A DNA stretch of 64,000 nt from Thermoproteota archaeon (GTDB lineage: Archaea > Thermoproteota > Thermoprotei_A > Sulfolobales > Desulfurococcaceae), in NCBI GenBank assembly GCA_030550615.1, contig JAUQPA010000002.1:2074-66073 (forward strand), in the 5' to 3' direction. Positions 47,331 to 57,028 of the stretch are shown here, piece by piece (position 1 is the first letter of the stretch; the number at the start of each line of letters is the position of its first letter). A program made the position numbers and the translations under genes. The notes below the pieces were generated by a model. The model saw only the letters and a list, made by a program, of their open reading frames with translations. It was not told the origin of the DNA and did not search any database.

Positions 47331-47654
47331 ATGGAGAAACAGAGGGTAATGATAGTTGCTTCCATAAGAAAAAATAATGATATCGAATGGTTAAAAGAAA
47401 TAGTTTTTAAGCACAGTGATTTATGGCTTATCACGGATAAGAAATCCGCGGAGATTCTAGCTAGGGGAAACATATTGTCTAGAATACCTAGTGATAAACT
47501 AGTAGTTTACGCTGGTAGAAATCCCGAAGAAACGGCTCTAAGAATATACAAGGTAACTACTCCCGACGTAGTTTATGTATGCGATAACTATGGAGTATTG
47601 AAGAGCATCACGGACTTCATAAAATATGCTCCGGTGAAAACTATATTTTGCTAG
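47331..47654 (+). CDS. Hypothetical protein (107 aa)
   Basis: ATG-initiated ORF in an otherwise unassigned interval. Its end overlaps the convergent DRG gene by 4 nt. No motif recognised. Confidence 0.45.
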   Translation: MEKQRVMIVASIRKNNDIEWLKEIVFKHSDLWLITDKKSAEILARGNILSRIPSDKLVVYAGRNPEETALRIYKVTTPDVVYVCDNYGVLKSITDFIKYAPVKTIFC

Positions 47655-48811
47655 CCTTTAACATGTATTTCAACGATATCACCATCCTGCAGCACATGAT
47701 CCAACCCTACTCTTTCTCCAGGATACTTGACGGATTTACCCCACACTCTCGCATATAAGAAATTTTCGATGAACTCACTGTGAATACTTCTAGCGACATC
47801 CCGCACTGTTGCATTTTTCCTTAAAACAACTGGCTTCTCCGCCGGCGGAGCATTAGGGGCTTTTGTATAAATTCTTACTATTTCTAGAACTTCGTATAAT
47901 GTAGGAGCAATTTCATTGAGACCACTATTATTCAGTGCCGAGCCGAGTATTACGCGAGCGCCGGGTAGTAGCTTTCTAACCAACTCCAATTCTTGCGAAC
48001 CAGGGATTTTCAGATCGATCTTGTTAATAAAAACCACCGAGGGTTTGTAAACCGTGGTTTCAAAAATGGATTGTTCTACATCATCCAATGAAACCTCGCC
48101 GTATATTTTCACATGAGCATTAAAAATTCTATAGCTTTCAAGTAGTTTTCTAACATCATCTATTGTTCCATCTATAATTTTACCCATCGATGTTACACGT
48201 ATACCTGTTCTACCAGTTCTTTGAATATCTATTACAACTCTACCTTTGGGCTTATTTAATAATATTCCCTCGCGTTTAAGCATATTGATTAATGCTTCTA
48301 GTTCGTTTACAAGATCGCTGGTTGCATCTAGAACTATTATCACACCATCCGCGTTTCTAATTAAACCTATAACCTTTCTGAATAAGCTTCCTTGCGAAAG
48401 AGCAGGTGTATCAATGAGCTGAAAGTATACATCATTGTACTTCATCATTCCAGGAACAGGCGTTAGGGTTGAAAACGGATAATCTGCCACTATTGTCTTA
48501 GCGTTCGTTAGCTTCTTAACTAGTAAACTTTTACCTGCGTTAGGTGGACCTACAACCGCTATTTGTACATCCCCTTCTTTTTCAATGAAGAATGATGATC
48601 TAGCTCCTGCTTTTTTCTTCTTTCTCTCCTCTAATTCCTCCCTTAATTCCGCAAGTCTTTTAGTTGCCCATTCTCTAAGTCTCTCAGTGCCCTTGTGCTT
48701 TGGAACACTTGACAAGAAGTCTTCTAATGCCTTTATCTTATCCTCAATGGTTCTAGCCTCCATGACCTTGATCCACTTTGCTTTAGCCTCCGCAGGTAGG
48801 TTCGTTGGCAT
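47651..48811 (-). CDS. DRG-type (Obg-family) GTP-binding protein with C-terminal TGS domain
   Basis: G1 VGPPNAGKS, G3 LIDTPA and G4 INKID. C-terminal RIYTKAPN...GDIVEIHV (TGS). 386 aa. Confidence 0.8.
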   Translation of the reverse strand: MPTNLPAEAKAKWIKVMEARTIEDKIKALEDFLSSVPKHKGTERLREWATKRLAELREELEERKKKKAGARSSFFIEKEGDVQIAVVGPPNAGKSLLVKKLTNAKTIVADYPFSTLTPVPGMMKYNDVYFQLIDTPALSQGSLFRKVIGLIRNADGVIIVLDATSDLVNELEALINMLKREGILLNKPKGRVVIDIQRTGRTGIRVTSMGKIIDGTIDDVRKLLESYRIFNAHVKIYGEVSLDDVEQSIFETTVYKPSVVFINKIDLKIPGSQELELVRKLLPGARVILGSALNNSGLNEIAPTLYEVLEIVRIYTKAPNAPPAEKPVVLRKNATVRDVARSIHSEFIENFLYARVWGKSVKYPGERVGLDHVLQDGDIVEIHVKG

Positions 48812-48815
48812 TTTT

Positions 48816-49574
48816 TCACCTTTTAGCGTAGTCTAATATACTCCTATGCCTCCAAGGCCCCTTTTTCTTCTCTATATACCACTTCGGCGCTATATTTTTC
48901 AAATTCCTCCAGCTACGCCTAATGAATAGCGGTGGATTCTGCTCTGGTTTATAGTTTTGCTTTATCCAATCTAAGAGAAGGGGGTCAGTCGAGTAACCTG
49001 AACCGAAATCACCAAAAAGTTTTTTCAAAGCCAATAGATTTAGATCTCTCATAACTTTCGCGAATATGCTTGCTAATGCAACAGAGGAATATTTAGCGTC
49101 AGCACCAGGCTCCATTCTATAGTCTACTTTTACTCCATTAAATACTTCTCTAACAAATGATTCTATTCTTTTAGCGCTGCCTTTAACTTCGTCTATAGTT
49201 ATTTTTATTTCAGCATTCTTGTTCTCACCGAGCAATCTCCTCAACACGCCTATAATCCACACTATGTACTTTTCTTCAAGCTTGTTCAAGTTCTCTCGAT
49301 CGATCCTCCACGGAGGAATATATACTGCTATAACAACAGCTTTCGATCTAACCGCTTCTTTATAAAATTCGTTTCTCGATTTGCTGTTTAATTGCTTGCT
49401 CTCAGCTAATCCATTTAATCTGAGTTTCTCCAGAGTAGAATCATCTACCAAGACTCCAGCTATAACTAAGTCTCCTATTAACGGACCTCTACCAGCTTCA
49501 TCGATACCTATGTGTAGTATCATTTTTTCATTCATTTTGATTATTCCCGCGCCTAGCTGGGGCTCCTGGTTCAT
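48816..49574 (-). CDS. rnhB: Ribonuclease HII
   Basis: GIDEAGRGPLIGDLV active-site motif, AESKQL and ASIFAKV. The true start is probably MILHIGIDE or MNEKM, downstream of the track start. Confidence 0.85.
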   Translation of the reverse strand: MNQEPQLGAGIIKMNEKMILHIGIDEAGRGPLIGDLVIAGVLVDDSTLEKLRLNGLAESKQLNSKSRNEFYKEAVRSKAVVIAVYIPPWRIDRENLNKLEEKYIVWIIGVLRRLLGENKNAEIKITIDEVKGSAKRIESFVREVFNGVKVDYRMEPGADAKYSSVALASIFAKVMRDLNLLALKKLFGDFGSGYSTDPLLLDWIKQNYKPEQNPPLFIRRSWRNLKNIAPKWYIEKKKGPWRHRSILDYAKR

Positions 49575-49642
49575 TATTTAATTTAGCGTCTAATACTATT
49601 TTTCCGCTCTTAATGTATCTATTTACTTCACCATGAATCATA

Positions 49643-51139
49643 ATGTTTTTATACTTCATGTATATAGATGTTCTATGGGTGAAGTTCTTGAAGTTCCCAA
49701 AGGATTTCCTGATGGGTTTTAGTGAATCAGGTTTTCAGTTTGAAATGGGTTACCCTGGTGATGAAGATCCAAATACGGACTGGTGGCTGTGGGTTCATTC
49801 ACCCGATAATATAGCTGCTGGAATTGTCAGCGGCCACTTACCCGAGCATGGACCTGCTTATTTAAGACTGTATAAGTATGATCATGACCTAGGCGAAAAG
49901 CTTGGAGCCAACGTGCTCAGGTTGGGAATAGAATGGAGCAGGATATTTCCTAGACCAACGAGGGACATACCTGCTACTATTGAAAGAGATGACTCTGGAG
50001 TCATATCCATGGTTGAACTCAATGAAACAGCGTTGAAAAAACTCGTTGAAAAAGCAAACAAGAATGCCGTTGAAAAATATCTCGCTGTATTCAAAGACTG
50101 GGTAAGTAGAGGTAAGAAGCTAATTGTGAATTTGAATCACTTCACTCTTCCCTCATGGCTACATGAACCACTAGAAGTTAGAAGTAAAGGAGTTTTTAAT
50201 GCACCATCAGGCTGGCTGAGCGAAGAAATAATTGTTGAATTCACTAAATACGCTTATGCCGCAGCATACTTCTTTGGAGAATATGTTGACTACTGGAGTA
50301 CACTCAACGAACCAAACGTGGTAGCAATAATGGGGTATTTACAGGTTAAATCAGGATTTCCACCTGGTATACCAAGCATGAATTACACCATGCTTGCTCT
50401 TAGAAACCAGATTATAGCACATGCTAGAGCCTACGATGCACTTAAACAATCAACAGGGAAACCTATTGGTGTAATTTTGAATTACATGTGGTTTGAACCA
50501 TACAGAGTTGAAAACGAGGATGACGTTGCAGCATGCAACGAGATTTCATATATGTACAACTTATTATTTACGGAGGCAGTGAAGAGTGGATCAAGCATCA
50601 TCATTTCATCTAACTCCCTGAAGAATAAACTAGATTGGATTGGAGTGAACTATTATACTAGAATGGTGGTCACCCGCGAAAAAACCTCTAAAACCAACTG
50701 GATACCGGTACCTGGTTATGGGTACCTCTGCACACCAGGAGGAGTAAGCAAGGCTGGAAGACCATGCAGTGAATTCGGATGGGAGACATATCCAGAGGGC
50801 CTTGAGAAAATACTGTTGATGTTGCATGAAAAATATAAGCTACCATTGATAGTAACCGAGAACGGTGTTGCTGATGCACATGACGCATTGAGACCAAGGT
50901 ACCTGATTCAGCACATAGAAGCTGTTGGAAAAGCTATTCAAAAAGGTGTCGATGTCAGAGGTTATCTACATTGGGCGTTAATAGATAACTATGAATGGGC
51001 AATGGGATACAATATGAAGTTCGGTCTTCTCAAAGTAGATTATGAATCGAAGAAACGTTACATTAGACCAAGTGCACTGGTTTATCGAGAAATAGCACTA
51101 AACAATGAATTACCAGATGAACTAGTGTTTTATAATTAA
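49643..51139 (+). CDS. GH1 beta-glycosidase (beta-glucosidase/galactosidase type)
   Basis: FPKDFLMGFSESGFQFEMG N-terminus, acid/base TLNEPNVV and nucleophile IVTENGVAD. The start is more likely the GTG at ~49679 (MKFLKFPKDF). Confidence 0.9.
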   Translation: MFLYFMYIDVLWVKFLKFPKDFLMGFSESGFQFEMGYPGDEDPNTDWWLWVHSPDNIAAGIVSGHLPEHGPAYLRLYKYDHDLGEKLGANVLRLGIEWSRIFPRPTRDIPATIERDDSGVISMVELNETALKKLVEKANKNAVEKYLAVFKDWVSRGKKLIVNLNHFTLPSWLHEPLEVRSKGVFNAPSGWLSEEIIVEFTKYAYAAAYFFGEYVDYWSTLNEPNVVAIMGYLQVKSGFPPGIPSMNYTMLALRNQIIAHARAYDALKQSTGKPIGVILNYMWFEPYRVENEDDVAACNEISYMYNLLFTEAVKSGSSIIISSNSLKNKLDWIGVNYYTRMVVTREKTSKTNWIPVPGYGYLCTPGGVSKAGRPCSEFGWETYPEGLEKILLMLHEKYKLPLIVTENGVADAHDALRPRYLIQHIEAVGKAIQKGVDVRGYLHWALIDNYEWAMGYNMKFGLLKVDYESKKRYIRPSALVYREIALNNELPDELVFYN

Positions 51140-51281
51140 ACATTAAGCATGCATTAGGCACGAGTGGTATTGTATGCTATTATAGTACACTCTTTTATTA
51201 TACAGCATAGTCGTGGAGATCCTTTCTTCGTTTTAATGATTAAGTGCAGAAAACTTAAATACTCAAGCTTGATCTATATAA

Positions 51282-52670
51282 ATGGATCAATGGAAATTCG
51301 TGAGAGAAATGAGTATGAAAAGCGGATTAGTAACATTGTTCATCGTATTATCACTAATGATGTTATATGCTGATCAAAATTTAATAGCTCCAATGCTTAA
51401 AACCCTTGAAAAAGATAACATGATCATAGGAGCGGGTACTGAATCATACTGGTTCTACGCTGGTTTACTAGCAACAATTCCAACATTATCAGGTATACTT
51501 ACAACATTTATATGGGGATATCTAGCGGATAGACTTAGTAGGAGGATTTTATTTGCTACAGCAGTATTATTAGGGGAAATACCATGTTTCCTGACGGCTT
51601 TTGCTAGAAACTACTATGAAATGCTCCTTTTACGTGCTTTAACAGGCATTGGAATTAATGGAGCTGCTCCAATAGCGAGAGCTATTGTAGCTGATCTATA
51701 CCCCCCGGAGAAAAGAGGTAAAGGATATGCATTATATAACTTTAGCACGGGCTTCGGAGTTCTGCTAGGAATGCTAATGGCAGGGATCGTTTTAACCTTA
51801 AACTTAAGCTGGAGAATACCATTCATGCTGGCCGCAGCTCCGAATTTCATACTTGTACCATTATTTCTCACTATCGTTAAAGAAGTGAAGCTTGGCTACG
51901 GGGAACCGGAGATCAGAGAATTATACGAAGCAGGCTTCGAGTATCGTTATAGAATAAACCTGAGGGAATTTATAGCTGCAATATCCATGACACCTACCTT
52001 GATCTTCATATATTTACAAGGAGTCCCAGGCACGTTTCCATGGGGTGCAATACCTTACTGGGCACCTTCATACTTCCAGGAGAAATGGGGGTTGGATGAA
52101 GCAACCTCAACAATTATAGTTTTCGCTGCAGGCGTAGGAATGATGATTGGTTATTTCATTGGCGGTTTCTTATCAGATACGTTGCTTAGGAGAGGCCACG
52201 TTAATTCAAGGTTAATCATACCCTTTATCGGGATCCTTATGGGGACTGGGACAGTGCTAATGCTTTTGAGTTATCCATATCCGTATGGAGAGAAATCCAT
52301 GGAGACACTGCTCCAGGTTATTCTATTAGGTGTTTTAGGAATGATCTTTGTAACATTTGCTGCCCCCAATGTACCAGCTATTCTAAGCGAGATTTCTCTT
52401 CCAGAGCACAGAGGAAGTATTTTTGGAATTTTCAATATCACGGATAATATAGGTTCCGCTGTAGGTCCTACTTTAGCAGGAGTATTTATGTCTTACTATC
52501 AATCCCTTGGCTACAGTAGACCCATGAGCATGTACTGGGGTTTAGTAATTACGAGTTTACTATGGATCCCATGTGCACTGCTCTGGCTACCAGCTTTTAG
52601 AACGTATGGGCGTGATCGAGCGAAACTAAGAAAAACTCTTGCCGCGAGAGCATTAGCTCATAAAACCTAG
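51282..52670 (+). CDS. MFS transporter
   Basis: 12-TM layout and the MFS loop motif GYLADRLSRR between TM2 and TM3. The start may be the internal MKSG. Confidence 0.8.
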   Translation: MDQWKFVREMSMKSGLVTLFIVLSLMMLYADQNLIAPMLKTLEKDNMIIGAGTESYWFYAGLLATIPTLSGILTTFIWGYLADRLSRRILFATAVLLGEIPCFLTAFARNYYEMLLLRALTGIGINGAAPIARAIVADLYPPEKRGKGYALYNFSTGFGVLLGMLMAGIVLTLNLSWRIPFMLAAAPNFILVPLFLTIVKEVKLGYGEPEIRELYEAGFEYRYRINLREFIAAISMTPTLIFIYLQGVPGTFPWGAIPYWAPSYFQEKWGLDEATSTIIVFAAGVGMMIGYFIGGFLSDTLLRRGHVNSRLIIPFIGILMGTGTVLMLLSYPYPYGEKSMETLLQVILLGVLGMIFVTFAAPNVPAILSEISLPEHRGSIFGIFNITDNIGSAVGPTLAGVFMSYYQSLGYSRPMSMYWGLVITSLLWIPCALLWLPAFRTYGRDRAKLRKTLAARALAHKT

Positions 52671-52686
52671 GAGTTTTTTGTAGAAG

Positions 52687-53961
52687 TTAATTTTCTTCTG
52701 TTCGAACACCTCTATCTATTTCTACTTTCCAAGCTCCTGCAGATATGTTCTCTACTTCCTTAACCACCTTAGTGCCATCAATTTCTTTATCAACAACGAC
52801 AAGCATCGCTCCTCCTAAACCAGCTCCCGATATTTTCACACCCACTCCTCCCGCCATTAAAGCTCTTCTTCTTATTTCCTCCAGCTCCGGTGTGCTAACA
52901 TCATATAAATCTCTTAGAAGCACGTGCTGATAATTTATAATTCCCCCTAGGAACCTAAGAGCCTGGTTGTTTGTTTTAGATGCTTCATCTAAGCATTGAG
53001 AACACTCTGCATTTAGGAATTCCTCTACACGGGACATTGTACTACCAGATGGGTTTTTGATTAGATCTAATGCCAATACCGTTGATTTATGCATTTTCAA
53101 AGTAAATAGTATTCTCTTTCTTGAGACTTGATTTATACTCGATAGAAACGGCTCAATCTCGTTTAACTCCAACTCAGCCCAATTAGTATCGTAGATGTCT
53201 TCGCTTATCAATGTTCTTATCTTAGAAGGTAAATCTGGTATTGTTAGTAATTCTTTTAATCCCTGAGCTAATTCCCTTATTCTAATGGGATGAATTAAAC
53301 CAGTGGAATGCCTTATTCCTGAATTCACGGCAACCAATTCAAACATCGTTGTCATAAAAGTCTCTGTGTTGTAAGGAGGTTTAGTCTCAATAAGAGTTAT
53401 TCCACCCATGGCTGATCCATATTGATCAAGCCTACCACAGGGAATACCCATTACATCGTGTTCACTTCTATAAGCTAACTCTGCTATCTCACGGGGTCCC
53501 AGCTTGATATCGAAGATCTCAGAGAGAGCCTTAATCGCCGCTACTTGAAGAGCTGCACTACTTGCAAGACCTGATGCTACCGGTATCTCGCTATAAATTA
53601 ACATGTTGAAATTCCTAATATTCGCTCCAATATTTTTCAACGTTACTAAAACGGATCTTATGTAATCACCGAACCAACCCTTACCGAGTAGAACTGGGTT
53701 CCTCGCATCAAGTTCATCGATACATGGTAAATTTTCTCTACATAGATTGATAGATACAACACGCGTGGTATTAGAAACAGAGACTGCAACATACGTTCTC
53801 TTATTGATAGCAACCGATACTACGGGTAATCCTTTATAATCTTGATGAGTATTTAGAAAATCTAATCTGCCAGGAGCCGAAGCTATAACCTCTGGTTTGC
53901 TATTGAATTTCTCCATGAAAACTGTTTTTAAGTAATCGGAGATCCTCAAAGCTACATACAC
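52687..53961 (-). CDS. galK: Galactokinase (GHMP kinase family)
   Basis: SAPGRLDFLNTHQDY N-terminal galactokinase signature and GHMP motif PVASGLASSAALQVA. C-terminal GAGLGGAM. The likely start is MEKFNSK. Confidence 0.8.
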   Translation of the reverse strand: MYVALRISDYLKTVFMEKFNSKPEVIASAPGRLDFLNTHQDYKGLPVVSVAINKRTYVAVSVSNTTRVVSINLCRENLPCIDELDARNPVLLGKGWFGDYIRSVLVTLKNIGANIRNFNMLIYSEIPVASGLASSAALQVAAIKALSEIFDIKLGPREIAELAYRSEHDVMGIPCGRLDQYGSAMGGITLIETKPPYNTETFMTTMFELVAVNSGIRHSTGLIHPIRIRELAQGLKELLTIPDLPSKIRTLISEDIYDTNWAELELNEIEPFLSSINQVSRKRILFTLKMHKSTVLALDLIKNPSGSTMSRVEEFLNAECSQCLDEASKTNNQALRFLGGIINYQHVLLRDLYDVSTPELEEIRRRALMAGGVGVKISGAGLGGAMLVVVDKEIDGTKVVKEVENISAGAWKVEIDRGVRTEEN

Positions 53962-54959
53962 CCGCCAAGTACATTATTAAGAGTTTTAACAGCTTTTCTA
54001 CACGCTTCTCTTAACTCAACGGCTCTTTGCTCGGGTACACCGTCGTACGTGAAAACCCAGAACCCCCATTCTATTCCCGCCGCGTACTTTAATTTTTCCT
54101 TATCCCTATATGGCTGATAGAACTCAACGTGAAAGTGATATTCATAGTTTCCCTTCACGGGATGATCATGAAATGCCATGATGTATGGTGCATCACGTTC
54201 TAATAGTGAATTATAAGTAGCTGTTACAACGCGAAGAACGTCAGCCAGGCTTGTTAGCTGGTGGTCGTTTAAATCTCTAATTGTTTTGACATGTTTTATT
54301 GGGTAGACATGTATTTCAAACGGCCACATAGCGTAATAAGGTATGAGCGCAATGAATTCTTCATTAGAGTAGATTATTCTCTTTTTGCTTTCAATCTCGT
54401 ATTTTACTATATCACATATCATGCAGGAACCATGGATCTTCTTGTATTCTTCTATTGCATTAATTTCAGCCATTATTCTCGGCGGTATAAAGGGTAAAGC
54501 ATATATTTGTGAATGAGGATGTGTTAGTGATACTCCTATTTCCTTTCCCTTGTTCCTAAACACAGCTACGTATTCGATAAATCTTTCTTTTGCTAATTTG
54601 TCAACTTCATTTCTATAAGTCTCAACCACCCTCTTCGCGTGATCCAGCGTTAAAGTACATAAATCCCCCTCGTGTTCAGGAGTTTCAACAATGACTTCGG
54701 TCACGCCCCGAGCTTCTTTCTTATCTAATATGTTCATTTCCTCTTTTTCCACGGGTTGCGGTTCTGGTATCAAAGCCGGATACTTGTTCGGTAATACGAC
54801 AACATCCCATTCATCAAGGTTCTTTAATTCCGGTGCTCCAGGGCAAAAGGGGCATGTGAATTCCCTTGACTTTTCATCTGGTCTCCACGGTCTTGTAGCC
54901 CTGTGAGCTGCAACGATAATCCATTTTTTTACAAGCGGATTCCACCTTATCTCATGCAA
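53952..54959 (-). CDS. galT: Galactose-1-phosphate uridylyltransferase
   Basis: CPFCPG zinc site and active-site HPHSQI (HxHxQ). 335 aa. Immediately upstream of galK. Confidence 0.85.
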   Translation of the reverse strand: MHEIRWNPLVKKWIIVAAHRATRPWRPDEKSREFTCPFCPGAPELKNLDEWDVVVLPNKYPALIPEPQPVEKEEMNILDKKEARGVTEVIVETPEHEGDLCTLTLDHAKRVVETYRNEVDKLAKERFIEYVAVFRNKGKEIGVSLTHPHSQIYALPFIPPRIMAEINAIEEYKKIHGSCMICDIVKYEIESKKRIIYSNEEFIALIPYYAMWPFEIHVYPIKHVKTIRDLNDHQLTSLADVLRVVTATYNSLLERDAPYIMAFHDHPVKGNYEYHFHVEFYQPYRDKEKLKYAAGIEWGFWVFTYDGVPEQRAVELREACRKAVKTLNNVLGGCM

Positions 54960-55127
54960 GTTAAAACACCTTACTTAATTAATTAATTTCTTAGTTTTCA
55001 TTAATACCTATTGGAGAAGATAAATCGTAATTTAAATGTAATTCTTAATTAGTATCTAATCACTGCGTGCTAGTTAGAAATATTTAAATTGGACTAAGTT
55101 TTCATTGATTCATAAAAGTATAAAGTA

Positions 55128-55574
55128 GTGTATAATCTTTGTTTAAAACTGGGGTTTACGAATATGGATTCGTTCTATGATAACCTAGAAGTATGGGTAA
55201 AAAGACAGAAGGAAATTAAGGAAATGTTTATGAAAGCTGAGGAGAATTACAAGGAAGCTGATAGATTAACATTAATTACTCTATCGCGTCTCGCATTCCA
55301 ACACATGGAGAAAACAATTGAAGCTTTTGATAATTGGTTGAAAGACCCTATGATCACAACACATATGCCCAGAGAGCTACTGATCGAGCTGTGGGATAAT
55401 TTACGTGAAATATTCTATAAGTTAATAGAGTTAGATATCGAACATACATCTAAATTCGCAGAACACTTGAAGAAACTCGAAAGCTCCGAATCGGTAAGTC
55501 CATTATTTACACTTAGAATAACAAGAGAAGAAAAGGAGACTAGAAGAAGGCAGCCTCCTACGCCGATCATTTAG
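55128..55574 (+). CDS. Hypothetical helical protein (148 aa; the start may be MDSFYDN at ~55164)
   Basis: All-helical, charged sequence with a basic, Pro-rich tail (RRRQPPTPII). No motif recognised. Confidence 0.5.
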   Translation: MYNLCLKLGFTNMDSFYDNLEVWVKRQKEIKEMFMKAEENYKEADRLTLITLSRLAFQHMEKTIEAFDNWLKDPMITTHMPRELLIELWDNLREIFYKLIELDIEHTSKFAEHLKKLESSESVSPLFTLRITREEKETRRRQPPTPII

Positions 55575-56059
55575 CGTTTAACAGCTTTTAAACTAGCTTC
55601 TACATCTACTGGCGCTATTTTAGGCCAAATCTCCTCGAAAACCTTTCTTAATCCATCAATCGAATCCTGTATAATACTTGCTGCTTTATCTAAAACTTCT
55701 TTTCCCTGCCCAGTAATATACAATTTCTTATTTTTCAACGAGACCTCAACTAGACCAGTATACTTTAACGTGGTTAACTCATTTGTTAATTCCTTGCTAA
55801 CGGGAGTATCGCCAATAACTACGAAATTGTAACCCAGTTTAACATTAGAATCCTTTTCCATACTGTATACAAGGTGAGCAAGCGCTTTCTCGCTTATGCC
55901 ATTCGTTGCAAGCGATATTAAGTACAGTAATTTAAGTGCTCTCTGATTCTTCATTATATCAGCAACTGTTACAACCGATCTAGATACAATTTTAATTTCC
56001 TTTCCTTTTTCTTGACCAGTTTGAGTTGAAGCAACTTTCGCCTTCTTTAATCCACCCAT
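55571..56059 (-). CDS. Hypothetical protein, possible winged-helix fold (162 aa)
   Basis: Lys-rich N-terminal tail. Then ALKLLYLISLATNGISEKALAHLVY...GYNFVVIGDTPVSKELTNELTTLKYTGLVEV, which looks wHTH-like. This is inference only. Confidence 0.5.
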   Translation of the reverse strand: MGGLKKAKVASTQTGQEKGKEIKIVSRSVVTVADIMKNQRALKLLYLISLATNGISEKALAHLVYSMEKDSNVKLGYNFVVIGDTPVSKELTNELTTLKYTGLVEVSLKNKKLYITGQGKEVLDKAASIIQDSIDGLRKVFEEIWPKIAPVDVEASLKAVKR

Positions 56060-56106
56060 GAGTTATCACCATGTTTATTGTCTGTATCTACCTAACATAC
56101 TATAAT

Positions 56107-56949
56107 TTATTTCTGGCTTATATTATTCAGTACTTTATGAGTTCTATAGGTAAGTCCATGCGCAGCCATGACGGCTGCTTTATATCTCAGTAATTCGTTT
56201 TTATCCAAGAATTTAAATAATCCTGAGTAGTCTACATTGTAATAACCACTTTCAATTATGTTCTTGAAGACTTCATCTACACCAACTTGAGTTGAAGCAA
56301 ATACATTGCCCACCAGCTTGTTTATTCCATCAAGAATACTCTGAACCTTAGCTTTAAATTTCCCTGAATTTGTCATAGATAATATGTAAATGTAGACAAG
56401 CGCTATAGCAATTAATAGAGCCCCGGTGAATACGCTACCTAAATCTCCTCCCATAATAATGAAAGCTACACCTAGTACGCCGGAACCTAGAAGACCATAT
56501 GTAGCTTTGATTGCAGATAATGCAATTGACATTAAAGCTATGAATAAAAGTATTAATGATGTTTCATATGGTTCTCCAATTAACCTTAATATAGCGTAAA
56601 CTGCTCCAAGAACTGAAGGAAGCGCGAGCTGTATTCTCTCAACTAAATATGATTTGTTTAAAGCACTTTTAAACTCCACTATTTTATCTCTAAGTGAAAC
56701 TACTATATCGTGAAGAACGTGTTCATAGCCTTTCTTATTCGCAATTCTATTTGCTTCTTCTACCAAAATCACCAGCTGTGTGTATTTATCCCATAGAACG
56801 CGAGACGGTATCGCAGGCGTTTTCATGTTTAGAATAGAGTTCTTTATGTCAGCTACGGAGTTTATCAGCGATGGATCGAAGCCTTTACTTTTCAACGTAT
56901 TCAATAAATCATCGATTCTTCTACCTACATCCTCGATAAGTGTTCTCAA
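56107..56949 (-). CDS. Membrane protein with soluble helical N- and C-terminal regions (280 aa)
   Basis: A central block of about 3-4 TM helices (residues ~105-195) flanked by charged helical segments. Lies 47 nt upstream of the 55571-56059 ORF on the same strand. Confidence 0.55.
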   Translation of the reverse strand: MRTLIEDVGRRIDDLLNTLKSKGFDPSLINSVADIKNSILNMKTPAIPSRVLWDKYTQLVILVEEANRIANKKGYEHVLHDIVVSLRDKIVEFKSALNKSYLVERIQLALPSVLGAVYAILRLIGEPYETSLILLFIALMSIALSAIKATYGLLGSGVLGVAFIIMGGDLGSVFTGALLIAIALVYIYILSMTNSGKFKAKVQSILDGINKLVGNVFASTQVGVDEVFKNIIESGYYNVDYSGLFKFLDKNELLRYKAAVMAAHGLTYRTHKVLNNISQK

Positions 56950-57028
56950 TTTCTATCACTCGACATATAAATATTCTAACACTACTCTTAAATACCGTTG
57001 TTAAAAAGGTTATTTAAGGGTAACTTAA

